The notes beneath the pieces are model-generated. The model did no database searches. It was not told the DNA's origin and saw nothing but the letters and a program-made list of their open reading frames with translations. Of a DNA stretch of 64,000 bases, positions 13,155-27,609 are shown piece by piece. The stretch covers positions 62,744,001 through 62,808,000 of the forward strand of contig OX597831.1 of NCBI GenBank assembly GCA_951406725.2. The letters run 5' to 3'. Numbering within the stretch: the stretch's first letter is position 1; each line of letters begins with the position of its first letter. The DNA is from Octopus vulgaris. Taxonomy: Eukaryota. Made by a program: the position numbers and the translations under genes.

Positions 13155-13573
13155 ATTGGATCTCTTCGGTTTGAACGGCAGTTTTTAAAATAATTTCCAC
13201 ATAACTAAACACTTTTAAACTTCGTATACTGGTAGAATGTGTTTATAAAACATCTTTCTCTTGGCTTTATTGAGAAAACTCTATAGTTTGTAAGATATTT
13301 GTTGTTCTTTTTCTTCAATTTCTGCAATTTCAACCAATCAGTGACGTCTATTGAGGTGAAAACATTCTGTGCCGAATGAATATGTCCCTCGTTTAAGAAA
13401 CAGATTGGGTTTATTTACATTTCTGAAGAAAAAAGATACCCTTCCCCCCAGCCCTAACCCTAACCCTAAAACAGTTTGAAATGCAATAGATCGATACTAG
13501 GGTCATAATTATGGGCGACAATTTCATATGACACCGCTAGAAAAAACTGCCGTTCAAACCGAGAAGATCCAAT
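13155..13573. mobile_element. MITE with ~30 bp TIRs and internal (CCCTAA)3
   Basis: attggatctcttcggtttgaacggcagtttt / aaaactgccgttcaaaccgagaagatccaat. ccctaaccctaaccctaa at ~13452-13469. Confidence 0.75.
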
Positions 13574-14379
13574 TTCCTTTGCTTTTCAGTGATTAGCAGA
13601 TGAGTGACTATCTGTTGATAGACACAATACAGGCTATGCTTTCAGGTTTTTTGGATAAAGTTTTCAGAACTAACCCAATAAATTTACCATTAATTCCATG
13701 AAATATTGACAAGTTCCGCTAGTATATATAAGCAAAGTATCTGTAAAGAGTTTTAAACGAACGAAGTGGTTGTTGATAATGAAAAACAATGAATGAATAA
13801 ACAAAAATAAATGTACGAATAACCAATGCCAGGACAAAGTTTAGTATGTCTGTGTATATGCAGAATGCATATCCATCTATGAGTGTGATGTAAAACTAGT
13901 GTCCCAGGAAAGGAGGTGAAGTTAATTTTGTGTGCTTGTGAGAATAGTGATCAATTTGCATTAGAAGGTAGATGTCACAATTCATAAACTATATTTTAAT
14001 TAAAAGTCAAAACAATGTTATGCATATACAGATATTTGAAAAAGAGCCAAAATAATTTGGGGAGGTACGTACTTATTTGTATACTTTGACTTTTACCTTC
14101 AAACACATTAGATTGTTTATTACACACATACCTGCACAGAAAATTATCACACTCATACATCTGTTACAATATATTTGCTAATGGCATTCTCCACAGAAAC
14201 TCCTCCCACATAAAACTCCGTGATGTACTGAGGGCGCGATAAGTGAACCGCGATATGGTGAGTGCAAAAGTATATTCGTCTTTTGTTTTCTTTCTTTTCT
14301 TTATCTACTCTTCCGCATTCCACCTCATCCTACTTCTCTATCTCATTTTTTTCTTTCCTTCTAGAGTTCTCCTCACCTG

Positions 14380-14752
14380 TCTTCTTCTCCTTCCTCTTCT
14401 TCTTCTTCTTTTTCTTCTTCTTCTTCTTTTCTTCTTCTTCTTCTTCTTCTTTTTCTTCTTCTTCTTCTTCTTCTTCTTCTTCTTCTTCTTCTTCTTCTTC
14501 TTCTTTGTCTTCTTCTTCTTCTTCTTCTTCTTCTTCTTCTTCTTCTTCTTCCTTCATCAACAAAACTACCACCACCTCCACCACCAGCACCACCACTACC
14601 ATCATCATCATCATCATCAAAATCATCATTATTTTCTTCTTGCTTATCGTCGTCGTCATCTTGTTCTTCCTGGTTTCTCCGTCTCATTTTTCATCTGTAT
14701 CTTCGCCTCTTAACCGCTTTCTATTTCTTCTCTGCTTCATCATCAACATCAA

Positions 14753-14783
<31 letters not shown>

Positions 14784-14800
14784 AGCATCGTCATCACCTT
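14380..14800. repeat. Compound (CTT)n/(CAC)n/(CAT)n/(CAG)n microsatellite
   Basis: Directly visible. Confidence 0.95.
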
Positions 14801-15724
14801 TTCCCTTTTTAAAATTTTATTGCTTTATCGTCGTCTTCTAGTTGTTGTTCTTGTTCATGTTCTTCGTCTTCTTTTTCTTCTTCAGAATAATTGCCCTCTT
14901 TCTCTTTGTCTTTCAGTTTTACTTCTTAGTTATAAGCTACAGAGTTTCATTTCCAAATACCGCACTTCACAGCATATATGATTTATTTTTCATTTCATTT
15001 AAGTAATTTTCTTCGTTATCTCTCTGCATTAATCCCACTTTAACACATTTTTATAAAGAACCTATGATAATTGATTCAAAATGTAGAAAGTACATGTCAT
15101 TCATACATTACAATGTCAAGCGGTTAGTAACCTATCACGTTCCTGCTTCATAGCTATTGTAATTTAGCTGACGCGGTACGGCACCCTTTCACAACGTGTT
15201 CCTCTAAAAAATTCTGACTGTGCGGTCCCAACCTGTATCTTCTTGTCTCCTTTAACATGATTAGGATTGACCCACAAATCCATTAAAGAGCAACTGAAGA
15301 TTGACTGTTTCTCTGTTTCTCGACGAAATCCCGTCAGATTATTTTCTTCGTCATCTCTCTGCATTAATCACATTTTAACACATTTTTATAAACAACCTAT
15401 GATATTTTAGCGACTTGTTTTTACCTTATGGTTGTTAAAAGGCCTAACATCTGACAACTCTTTGTCTCTCACCCATCATATTGAGACACACATTTGTATT
15501 CTTAGGCCAGTTCTCGAAGAATGCATCAATACTCTTTCTGAAGAAATTATTAATTAAACCCGTGTAACAGTCTCTAAAGAATGCAAGAGACATCTTTCTC
15601 TATGAATCACTAATTATGTAAAATAATTGAGATCCCTATTGAATTATTGCAGTGGCAGTCGTTTTAATAGAAACACAAAAGCAAATATGTATATGTATAT
15701 ATATATATATATATATATAATAAA

Positions 15725-15925
15725 TAAATGCGCCCTTTTAAAGCCTAGCTAGGCTCATGGGCCCGGTTTCCCGGTTTCTATCGCGTGTGTTCCCCAGCTG
15801 GACGGGACGCCAGTCCGTCGCAGCGTTACTCATTTTTGCCAGCTGAATGGACTGGAGCAACGTGAAATGAAGTGTTTTACTCAAGAACACAACGCGTCGC
15901 CCGGTCCAGGAATCGAAACCACAAT
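15725..15925 (-). mobile_element. 5'-truncated tRNA-derived SINE (3' part related to family C)
   Basis: Minus strand reads B box ggtttcgattcc, gtgttcttgagtaaaacactt, then gcgacggactggcgtcccgtccag…gaaaccgggaaaccgg shared with family C. Confidence 0.75.
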
Positions 15926-16139
15926 TATATACATGCGCCGAATTCGAGGGAATGAATATAGGAGAAATTCCCTAACCCTAACACTAACCCTAACGTATAA
16001 AGTCCCTGTATATATATATATACAGGGACTTTTGTTTTGTTCATCTCCGCAACGTGTATATAACAAAAATAATTCAGCGCTGAATATATTCCAGTTTAAT
16101 ACTTATAAGTGAAATATAAGGATAAAATCTATATACGAT

Positions 16140-16400
16140 TTTATCAAGTAGCCAGCGGTATCCATCACCATGTAGTGAACATGATCAATGTTTTCCATGG
16201 TGGTGAAAGTTGCAAGACATCCAGACTTTGCGTAAACTTCAACATTGTCCATTCATTTCCTAAATTCAGCTACCCGATTTTGCACAGTTGATAAAGCTGA
16301 AGAGTCATCGTTTGATGTAGCGGCTATGTATGAATTTCCAGTGGTGCTAAACCGTTTTTCTATAGGTACATGTTAACACCACGATGCCACATTTTTCCAT
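16140..16400 (-). pseudogene. Degraded mariner transposase N-terminal fragment
   Basis: Minus strand: DDSSALSTVQNRVAEFRK*…KSGCLATFTTMENIDHVHYMVMD, matching the mariner HTH/SGRP linker region. Confidence 0.65.
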
Positions 16401-16799
16401 AGGCAAGAGAGGTCGCTAGTAGATACATTTGAAGTCATTTTCGCTCAGTTAGAGGTAAGTTTACCTGGAAAGAAGCAATGTCGCTATTAATTAATCAATT
16501 AATTGTCTGTATTTATAAATATATGGTACACAGTTCAATTTGGCCGAATCATTAGAAGCTGAAGCCAGAAAGCCGAACGGACACAAAGCCGAACGAAGAA
16601 GATGCTGAAAAGACATACAAAGATTAAAATATATGATAATCATTTTCTTCCTACAATATGACCGTTTGACAGACTAAAATGGTCATTAGATTATGTAGGG
16701 AGGAATTATTATTTTTATTATTATTGTGCCCGTTCGGCTACTTGGCTTCGGTTTCTTCTCCTTCGGCAAAAGTGCATTCAGCATCCTGTCCGCGCACGA

Positions 16800-17820
<1,021 letters not shown>

Positions 17821-18108
17821 TATTTTATGTAACACTGTCACGTTGCCGAATTTTGAGCTGATAAATAACTTCTCTTAAGTTTCTTTCAGGCATTTCTTCA
17901 CATTTTGCGATGACTTGGTGTGTGAAAAATCGAATATTTGCTCAAACATATGAAGGAACAATAAATTTCTAGCATCCGTAATTTCTTTTAAATTGAAAAA
18001 AAATTTCGAAATCCACAGGATGCCTCCAGCGAAAAATATCAAAGCACATAAGAGAGAGCTGAAATATGATAAAAAGCAACCTAAACACCTAAACATATAC
18101 ATGTGTAA

Positions 18109-18233
<125 letters not shown>

Positions 18234-18284
18234 CACATGCACATATATATATATATATACATATATACATGGATATATAGACAG

Positions 18285-18335
<51 letters not shown>

Positions 18336-19169
18336 TATATATGCATATCCATGTATAAATACACACACACGTTTACCCATGAAAAAATATAGCAGAAACA
18401 TGTACATTCAAGTGTGTGTGTGTGTGTGTGTGTATGTGTGTGTGTTTAAGTGCGTTCCAAAATAGGTACGTTAAGTGTGCGATAAATAAGCGTATTAATG
18501 CTGAGCTTCTGTATTATAGCTACAGTTAAACTTCTGCAGCGGTTGAATGCAGTCACTGAAGTCTTCTTTTTGCAAGGATAACCTGTTTTAATCGATGCTT
18601 TTCAATTCATTATACAATATATATATGCCAGACTCAACGAAGTAATAGCTCGTTTGTGTATAAATGTGTGCGCGCGTGTGCGTGTGTATGTTTACGTGAT
18701 TTGAAATCTAAATTAGACATTTCTCCAGTTTTGCCTTAAACATATTACATTAGCAAGAATACTATTATTTCTTATCGTTCTCATAGGCAGAAACAAAAAC
18801 TTTCTTTAACTGGTTTCAAATTTTGAGAATGCTCTTTATGGAAATGTGGTAGGTAAATTTACTTCTCTCCTTGTTGTGGATAATATAAATATATATTATC
18901 CATCTCTTTGTGAACTGGTGGTTCACTAATCCCTCCTGAAAGCTTAATATATCCAGAACCTAATTAGTTAGCTCCATTCCCTATCAACAGTGACAAACAG
19001 ATTTTAATCCTTTCATTAGTTTTCTCATCTGGGCTTTAAAAGTGATCTGAACAAAGTCACACATACAGAAAATGCACATTCTGTCTAAAATAACCCCTTA
19101 AAATCTCTACTAATAAATGAACTATCAAATGCCTTTTATTGCTAGGTATTCAAATTGCTTTTAAATACC

Positions 19170-19365
19170 TATTTCTTTACTACCCACAAGGGGCTAAACA
19201 TAGAGTGGAAAAACAAGGACAGATAAAGGGATTAAGTCGATTATATCGACCCCAGTGCGTAACTGGTACTTATTTAATCGACTCCGAAAGGATGAAAGGC
19301 AAAGTCGACCTCGGCGGAATTTGAACTCAGAACGAAATGCCACTAAGCATTTCGCCCGGCGTGTT
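19170..19365 (-). mobile_element. SINE family A, 5'-truncated
   Basis: Matches 6133-6362. ttttaaatacc flanks both sides. Confidence 0.8.
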
Positions 19366-22039
19366 TGTTTTTAAATACCGTTCGTACATTCTAAAGTCAG
19401 GCTTTGCTAGACCGGTCACATGCAATCAATGACAATTTCCAGTACTTAGAATTGGACAGTTACAAAAAAGGAGAGAAAAAAAAACAAGTTCATAGCGAGA
19501 ATTGCAGATAACTGATGTTGTAGAAGTAGAGCGGGATCAGTCAATGGAAAAATGAGTCGGTAATGCCCGTGTAGAATTAGCTCGAAAGCAGACAGTTCTG
19601 ATGTACACATGAGTAGAAATGGCAGATAATCTATCGTTAGACCAGATGTTAGATTATAATGTTGATCATTATCATCATAATATCTTGCTTGGCTTCTCTT
19701 CGGACGCAGTCTAAGGTATTTGTATGTGTATCAACTAAGTACTATCACTGAAATGTGTTAGTACACTTTTGGAGTTCTGAATTGGGCTTCTTATCGAATT
19801 TTCTAGTTTTCTACTTCTAATGTTCATAATTTCGAGAACAGGAAGCGATTATCTTTTATTGATATGGGTTGATATTGTCTTAAAAAAAACTGGCTTCCCA
19901 TGACGCAGTCTCTGTTCCCTGACTCGTTGTAGATTTTGTGGTAAGTGCTTGAGTTGCTTATGGAGCGAACCTGAATGCAGAAATTACGAAAGAATAAATT
20001 TATTGTCAACTTGCAGATGTGGGTTATTTGCAGTGAAGAATAGTTGCTTACAACAAACCAAACAACAGGGGAGAACCTAGTGATCCAAGTATGGAACAAC
20101 TAGTGTTTTATCAATACACATTAAAATTATGAGATCCAACAACATTAAAGACATCTAAGAGAGGAGAAATGAATTCCATAGGCATGCAGCTCTGCTAGGA
20201 AATTTTAACGCTGGATGTGGCCGGAATCATTGACAATGCAAAGGACATCGTGATTATCTTCAACAACAATCTTGGCAGTGTGATTCCGCAAGTGACTGAC
20301 ATACGGAGTACGTATAGTGATAATCTATGTGAAAGAAATCCGTAGTGTTTGCTGTTTAAAAGGAAAGAGGCTTGTAGCGATGGATAAGGTGGGTTGACAA
20401 TACGTGTTTCTGTCACACTTGAGAAGTCGTCAGTGAATGCTGAATAATCATTGATAAATTCTCCGTTCCTCTCATATTGAAATATACTATTACTGATGTT
20501 ATATGCTAATCCGCATATGAGATATATTTTGTCATGGCGTTAATTCAAACTCATTTTTTAACTAAATTCTCTACGATGTTCATAAGTTCTTCTCTGCGTG
20601 TCTTTGTCATTTTCCCCAGTTTCTCTTTCCTGTCATTTATGATAGATATTTCTCTTTTTTACTTCTTTACAACTTCAATATCTCTTCTACTGAATATATA
20701 TTTAGGACCTATATTTTGGGGGTTAAATACAATGTTTGTATATAGCACATTGAGTGTGTGTATCTGTGTGTATGAGAGAGAGAGAGACAGATAGACAGAC
20801 AGAAAAAGAGAGAGAGAAATATCGTAATTTGCTACAGATAACCTCGTAAATACAAATTTCTTTCTCTTCCCAAACGACTTTCTTCCTCCAACCACTTCTT
20901 TCAACAATGAACGCTTTTGATTTCTCTTGGGTAATCACATTTGTCACCTGCGTCTGTTCTACGTTTCTTCACCTGGCCACATTGTAGAATTTTAACGTAT
21001 TTTTTTTATTTATAGATTATTTCAATTCACCGCGTACATAACCTGAGCAAACACTTTCTAACTTCCTACCAACTTTCCAGAAATATAATTTATAACACAA
21101 TCGCTTCCTCACAGATCCTTTGCTGACTCTCTTTTAATCAAATTTTCTATTCACTTTACTCTTCGTTTACATTGGTATTTTTAAGCATCGATCTTGACTT
21201 TCACTTAATTATATTTCTTCTTCTAAGTTATCAGTATACGTACAGCCCCAATCTGTTTTCCTTGACACTTTTCTCATTCATTTTCTATCATTTATTCATG
21301 CTTTCATTAGACTTTCCGTCGGAAATCCAATTACTACTCCTACTTACGATATCTTATTTACATTTAGTATTTTACATCGCGAATAACAACGATTGAATAT
21401 TAAATATAATCAAACATGCCTAGATGCATCCACTGACAATTTCTGCAAACTATGCATCGTTCCCACTATCAGTGAGCTCCGAAGAACGGAAACAATGACG
21501 TTGTAGTAACGATTTTCTATTTCAAGTTCCAACAAACTACAATATTACATTCTAACCTCAATATTGAGTATGGTATTTTATGTCATCTTCACACACAAAC
21601 AAATGTTTAACCATTACCACCATAAAAATGTGTGTGTAATTATATTTGTTTATATATACATATACATATCTGTATGCTGCTTGTTAATTTGTGTGTAATA
21701 CATATCTTGTATTAATGTTTCCTCTACGCTATCGTAGAGATTAGAAATCCAAAAGGCCGCTGGACAAACAAACGAAGTAACAAATTTTAGATGTGAAAAT
21801 ATATGGTTACTCTATGAGGAAGAAAGATTATGAAAACCAATGATTTCCGATTACAAACTATCGCAGTGTGTACAAGTGAGTAAATTGCATTACATGCGAC
21901 AAAAAGGGAAGCGAAAGTGAAAGTCAGCAACATAAAGGGCGAAACTGAGTCGAACGTGATTCTGTTACACGTCGGCATGTCTTCTACTTGTAGCCCACCG
22001 TCTTTAATATACCATAAAGATAGCATCAAGCCGTCTACG

Positions 22040-22930
22040 ATTTTTCTACACTACAAACATATTGTCTCTTAAAGTGGATGGCACCATTGTTTGGCAATGC
22101 TGTTGGAATATTATGCTCATCATACAACTAATATAGTCCTCTCGGTGACGCTGGAAGAAATAAAGATTGAGTTTCTTGAGACGATCACAAAAATCAAGAA
22201 TTATTATGCCTTCTAGTTTCCTTTGTGATCGATCACAGTGGTGCTTCAATTCTTATAATATTCTTTCTCGGGTAGAAAGAGGACAGTGGACGACAGTATT
22301 CAAGTTGAGGACGGGTGAAGGTTGAGAAAGGAAAAAATAATGGTAGGGGCGTCTCTAAACAGAAAAGTCAATTCGCTAGAAAACATTCAATCCCACTTAA
22401 TACCTCCCCATCGGACTCCACTCTTCGATAGTTCCCTTAACAGGATGCGATGGTCAACTTTGTCGAAGGCCTTGTTCACACAGATGACACCTGCATTGGA
22501 GCCCTCTTCAAGAACCTTTGGGATATCATCGAAATAATGCATGATCTATGTTTGGTAGTTTCTGTCATTGCAGACATCATGCTAGTTCGGAATAAGTGAG
22601 GTGCTAACTTACAGGAACTGAATTACTCGAGATCTCACCACTCTCTCAAATCATAAGAGGTAACTGATTCGGTCATTATTCACTACCACCGATTTGTTGC
22701 TATTTTTGAAAAATGGGCCACTCGTCTGGAATTTTCCCGAATATAGCTAGCTTCTAGTGAATTCTTTCAAAGAATAGCTAAAGAGAAAGCAAGTTGATGA
22801 CGCTGGTGGGGAACTTGCTGGGGTTTGTAGCTGAGTTGTTTGTTGTAATTTCTTTAATAGCTGCTATGATATCCGAGGCGTTAAACGATACATCGGAGAG
22901 AGTGATATGATGTGGATTGTTCGTTCTCGT
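22040..22930 (-). mobile_element. Degraded CR1-like LINE RT fragment
   Basis: Minus strand at ~22450-22500 gives …KAFDKVDH, the RT motif typical of CR1. Many stops. Confidence 0.55.
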
Positions 22931-23155
22931 AACTGATATATACTACCTTACTAAAATAGTAGCTGCTTTTAGCTCGAAGAATTTCGTGCGTTGAATAGTT
23001 TTTATTGCATTTACTTGTCTTTCTACATAATCAGAAGTAAATAATATTCAGCATCCTTATTTTAGGCTGAAGTGTATACCCTACATATGATAGAGCGAGC
23101 GGATGCTGCATATCTGCAGGCTTTGTAGATTAGAGCAACTTAAAAGGAAGTGGCT

Positions 23156-23382
23156 CAACCATTTAACATTTAAACCGGCCATATTAGGCACAAAGATTTT
23201 ACATGTTTTATGTTCAGAATTACTAGATCCAACATCTCATACCTACCCGACGGAATCATTCAAAAGGTATCCAGTCATATCAATGAAACCTCAAAGCTAC
23301 AAGATAATGCTTGATTAATTCAAAACAATGCGAAAATATATACATTACATTTGAATGAGGAATCTAAATGCTAAAGGGTTAT
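23156..23382. mobile_element. Short MITE with piggyBac-like termini
   Basis: aaccatttaacattt … aaatgctaaagggtt imperfect TIRs. Confidence 0.5.
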
Positions 23383-24489
23383 TACAGCACACAACACACA
23401 TTCGAAAATAACTTTGTCAATATTACAGAAAAAAGAAATCATACTACTTGTTTGGAAAGAAAGCTATTTCGACAAATATTTGCTTAAGACTACAATTCCT
23501 CATCTGAGATGTTTAAAACAGGAATTCAATGGCATTTTATTAAATGAATAGAAGTTGCACAAGTTTTAAAATAATTTTCACAGCATAATCATTATATGTT
23601 TCTCTCTTTTATTGTCAGCTTTTTTAAATATGCAAATGAGGGTGGAAAGCATTTTATGAAAAAACATTTTTGAAAATTTATGATCTCTCTTCCCTTCCTT
23701 CCAAACAGATCTTGTCCAACTTCTTCTTGCAATACACACATAAAAACAATGATAGTCGCCTTTTCAGTTAAAAAAATAAAGTTAAAAGTTGATGAATTGC
23801 CACACCAATCCTGCCCCAGTCAGTAGCGATTCTGACCATTTTTTTTTTCTTTTTGACTACGCAACTTAAAAGCGATGGAAATCGGTGATCGCCATTATAA
23901 TCCACACTTTCTTTATTGTTCAACAGTCAATGTATCGTAATTTAAAAATAGTTTTAAAATTCGATGGTTTAAGATAGTTTTAAAATACGAGTCAGAATCT
24001 GCAATTTGCTTATTTTTTATAATTTCAAAATAATTTTTCTTTGTAATTTCAAAATAATTTTCAGACGAAAAGATTTGTGATTTAAGGAAGATTTAGCTGT
24101 TGTTTCTAGCACATCTCACCTAGCACCTTCCTCGCTTCTTTGTCACTGTGACGTGTATCGATGTATTTTGATATTTCTTGCCCCATAATCACATTTTATG
24201 ACGATGTGGTGGATTATTGTTGGGATTTAAGCAACATCAAATATTTGTAATTTAAAATTTTAACCTCACGCTGCAGCACGTGAGTCTGTATGTATGTGTA
24301 GGTGTGTGTGTGTGTGTGTTTGTGTGTGTTTGCAACGCGTGTGTGAGAAAAAAACATTTTCTTTCGAATATCAAATTCGCTTCCCAATATGGTACAGCGT
24401 TTCAGAGGCTTTCGGGGCTAAACACACATACGTAACCACATTCACTCGCACTTATGTCTGTCTCAGTTTACTTCGCCACTACGCTCTCG

Positions 24490-24635
24490 TCACTTAGCGG
24501 TTCGGCAAAAAAAGACCGATAGAATAAGTACTAGGCTTAATAAATAAGTCCTGGGGTAAATGAGTTGGTCCAACAAAATACCTTCCAAATGGTGCTCCGG
24601 CATATCCGCTGTGACTGTAGCAAATAAAAGAATAA
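24490..24635 (+). mobile_element. SINE family B 3' fragment
   Basis: cacttagcggttcggcaaaa…gaccgatagaataagtact matches 7381-7430. Confidence 0.75.
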
Positions 24636-24686
24636 AATAATACACAGACAGACAGGCAGACAAATAGATAGATGGATGGATAGATG

Positions 24687-24810
<124 letters not shown>

Positions 24811-25931
24811 TGTAAGTATATAAGGATATATATGTGCATGTGAGTGTGAGAGTGTTTGAGTGTTTGCGCGTTTGTTCGGGCATAAGCACATATACATATG
24901 TTCTTAGATATATGAGCTTATGTACGTGCCGCATACATCGCTTTATATTCCATTTACATAGATATAAATAGTAATACACAATCCATGCGCGGAATTCAAA
25001 GATTTTATCACCACAATAAATCTTCCTTTTAAGAAAGATCTAAATTTATAATAGTTTAAAAAGAATATTTTCAATTAGATTTAAACTATTATATATTTGT
25101 TAGTCTCTAATGTAATAACAAATCAACTTTTCTTCCTTTTCAAAGGAAGCTTTAACTTTGTAGTGACATCCTTCTGAGACACATCACAAGTGGAGTTTAC
25201 TCTGATGTGACAGCTAAACAATGGAATGTGGTTATTAACTGAGCTGATGTTAGCGATAAGAGAAGCAGTGAATGACAATAGACTTTCAATGCAATATGGA
25301 AATGAAATTGATATCGTGATATCATTAAAACCATGGAATAAATCATCTATTAATAACTCTGAACAGAAAAGTATTTTTGTAACTATCACAGTTATAGATT
25401 TCTTCTGTGATTAACTGCGATCCTGAGAATTGATTTTTATATTTATAACTATTTTATGCGGATATAAAGATTTAAATTACACCATGTTGTTTGCAGGAAT
25501 TAGAGATATATAACGTTTTACCATTCACTGCAGTAACATGTAATGCAGACGTCAGTAATTTTGTAAAATTTGATGATGAATGGTCATGTTCATGTTTAAT
25601 ATATGACATATCAAAAGAAAACGTGATCACAACTAGTTATACGGCCATTTAAAATAGGAACCAATTCTCCATGGAATCATTAGCAGCAGACTTCCAAATA
25701 ATAAGAACTACTAGATAGTGTAGATCTAATTAAGATAGAATACATTCAAACAGTAGGCGATTGTCAGTGGGTACACTGCTCTGACAAAAGCAAATGCCTT
25801 TAGTAATAATGGAATCCCAAATAACAATAAATGCTGTAACATAAAATTTATTGTTTTCTTCTGCATTGCCGCAGTAACTCCGTACGTACATTATCAAATA
25901 TGAATCTTACCCTATTACCATATATATATTT

Positions 25932-25984
<53 letters not shown>

Positions 25985-25989
25985 TATAA

Positions 25990-26413
25990 GTTCAGCAAAA
26001 TTTAGATTCAGATGAATATGGTACTCAAGTTAAAGGCAACAGAATTTTGTATGGTATTATCCATATAAATCAAATGGGGTGATTGTAATCAAAAGAAACC
26101 CCCTCCCCACTGATAGATCTAAATAACAAAGTGAACTCAGTGATAAAAACTCTACAGATCGAGAAGAACATACTACCACCATGTTCTTAATGATGAAATT
26201 AACCTCTCTGTCTATATATCTACCCTCTTTGTAATGTTGGCAAATGAAATAAGTATAAGAATGTGCATTGGCCGTTTAATTAAAAAAAATCTATATGTGG
26301 CTGAAGATTGCTCGACATTTTAAAACTGATGTAATACTTATATTGTTTAATAACATGAAGTAGCATGGAACAATTGTACTACACTACCTTGGATATCCTT
26401 GTTGCTTATTTTG

Positions 26414-26416
<3 letters not shown>
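25990..26416 (+). mobile_element. PLE terminal segment with inverted 5' copy of its tail and a hammerhead motif, in (TA)n
   Basis: 26095-26416 aligns to 25-325. 25990-26094 is the reverse complement of the family tail (317-419). Flanked by (TA)n. Confidence 0.7.
26296..26383 (+). ncRNA. Hammerhead motif (core GAAA mutated to GGAA)
   Basis: Stem I TGTGG/CTACA, CTGAAGA 26301-26307, stem II TGCT/AGCA, stem III ACAATTGT, GUA site. Confidence 0.6.
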
Positions 26417-26461
<45 letters not shown>

Positions 26462-26490
26462 CGTACATATATGTATATATATATATAACT

Positions 26491-26549
<59 letters not shown>

Positions 26550-27511
26550 CATATTAATAGCATACACGTTCACACACACACACCACACGCAAATTTATAT
26601 ATATTTACATATGTGCCCATGCGACTGCCTGTATGTATATATGATAGTGTGTTAGTATGGGCTTATGATTTGAGATCGTGTTTGTGTCTTCTCTCAAATA
26701 TATAGTCACCTAAAATAATTAGTGAACGCGTGGTGCATGGTTGGAGATCATACAGGTTCCACGACTTGGAAACCAAGTTTACCGTTCAGTACTCATCTCG
26801 GGTGTTCACCAAATAAACCCAAATCTCTGAATATCTTGAATCACACCTTCTTCTTCTTCTTCTTCTTCTTCTTCTTCTTCTTCTTCTTCTTCTTCTTCTT
26901 CTTCTTCTCCTGATCCTCCTCCTCCTTCTTCTTCTTTTCCTTCTTCTTCTTCTTCTCCTCCTCCTCCTCCTTCTTCTTCTTCTTCTTCTTCTCTCTCTCT
27001 CTCTCTTGCCCTCACTCACTCTCTCACTTTTTCTATCTCACTCCCTCTCTCCCGTTTCTCTCTCTCCGTCTCCTCCTCTTTCTTTCTCCCTCCTCTCTCT
27101 CTCTCTCACACACACACACGTTTCGTCTTTCTGGGTCTTACCTCTGTCTCATAGTTACAAAATAAAATACATCAGTTATTAATAACTTTTTCCACGTCAA
27201 AAATATATTGTTTCGAAAAATATGAATCAATTGTCTTTTGTTGGTTGCTATTAATTACTTTCTAAACTGCAATAATACGCAATATAGGATGAAGCCAATG
27301 CTGGGAGTTTTACTTGGTCTTATATCCAATATCAGACATTACTTATATGAAAAGTAACACTATCTTCCTTAATGTCTGTATGCATAATCCTCCGAAAAAT
27401 ATATGTGCCGATCATAAGGAATTGCATGCATATATATGTATGTATGTATGTATGCATGTATGTATATATGTATGTATGTATACGTATATCTATACTTGTA
27501 TATATATATAT

Positions 27512-27542
<31 letters not shown>

Positions 27543-27609
27543 ACTAACTTACTTGGAGAAGAAGACAACGACGCGTGCGTTCGATCATATAATAACAATT
27601 TAATAAATA

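Noticed and set aside
20395-20436. Minus-strand CTGACGA…GAAACACGTA (similar case at 46020-46048)
   Set aside because: Stem II and stem I do not pair; likely chance matches.
25496-25650. Possible exon (ag|ELEIYNVLPFTAVTCNADVSNFVKFDDEWSCSC) resembling a Cys-loop receptor loop
   Set aside because: Cys spacing is 15 rather than 13, there is no FPFD, the frame stops soon after, and no other receptor exons are visible.
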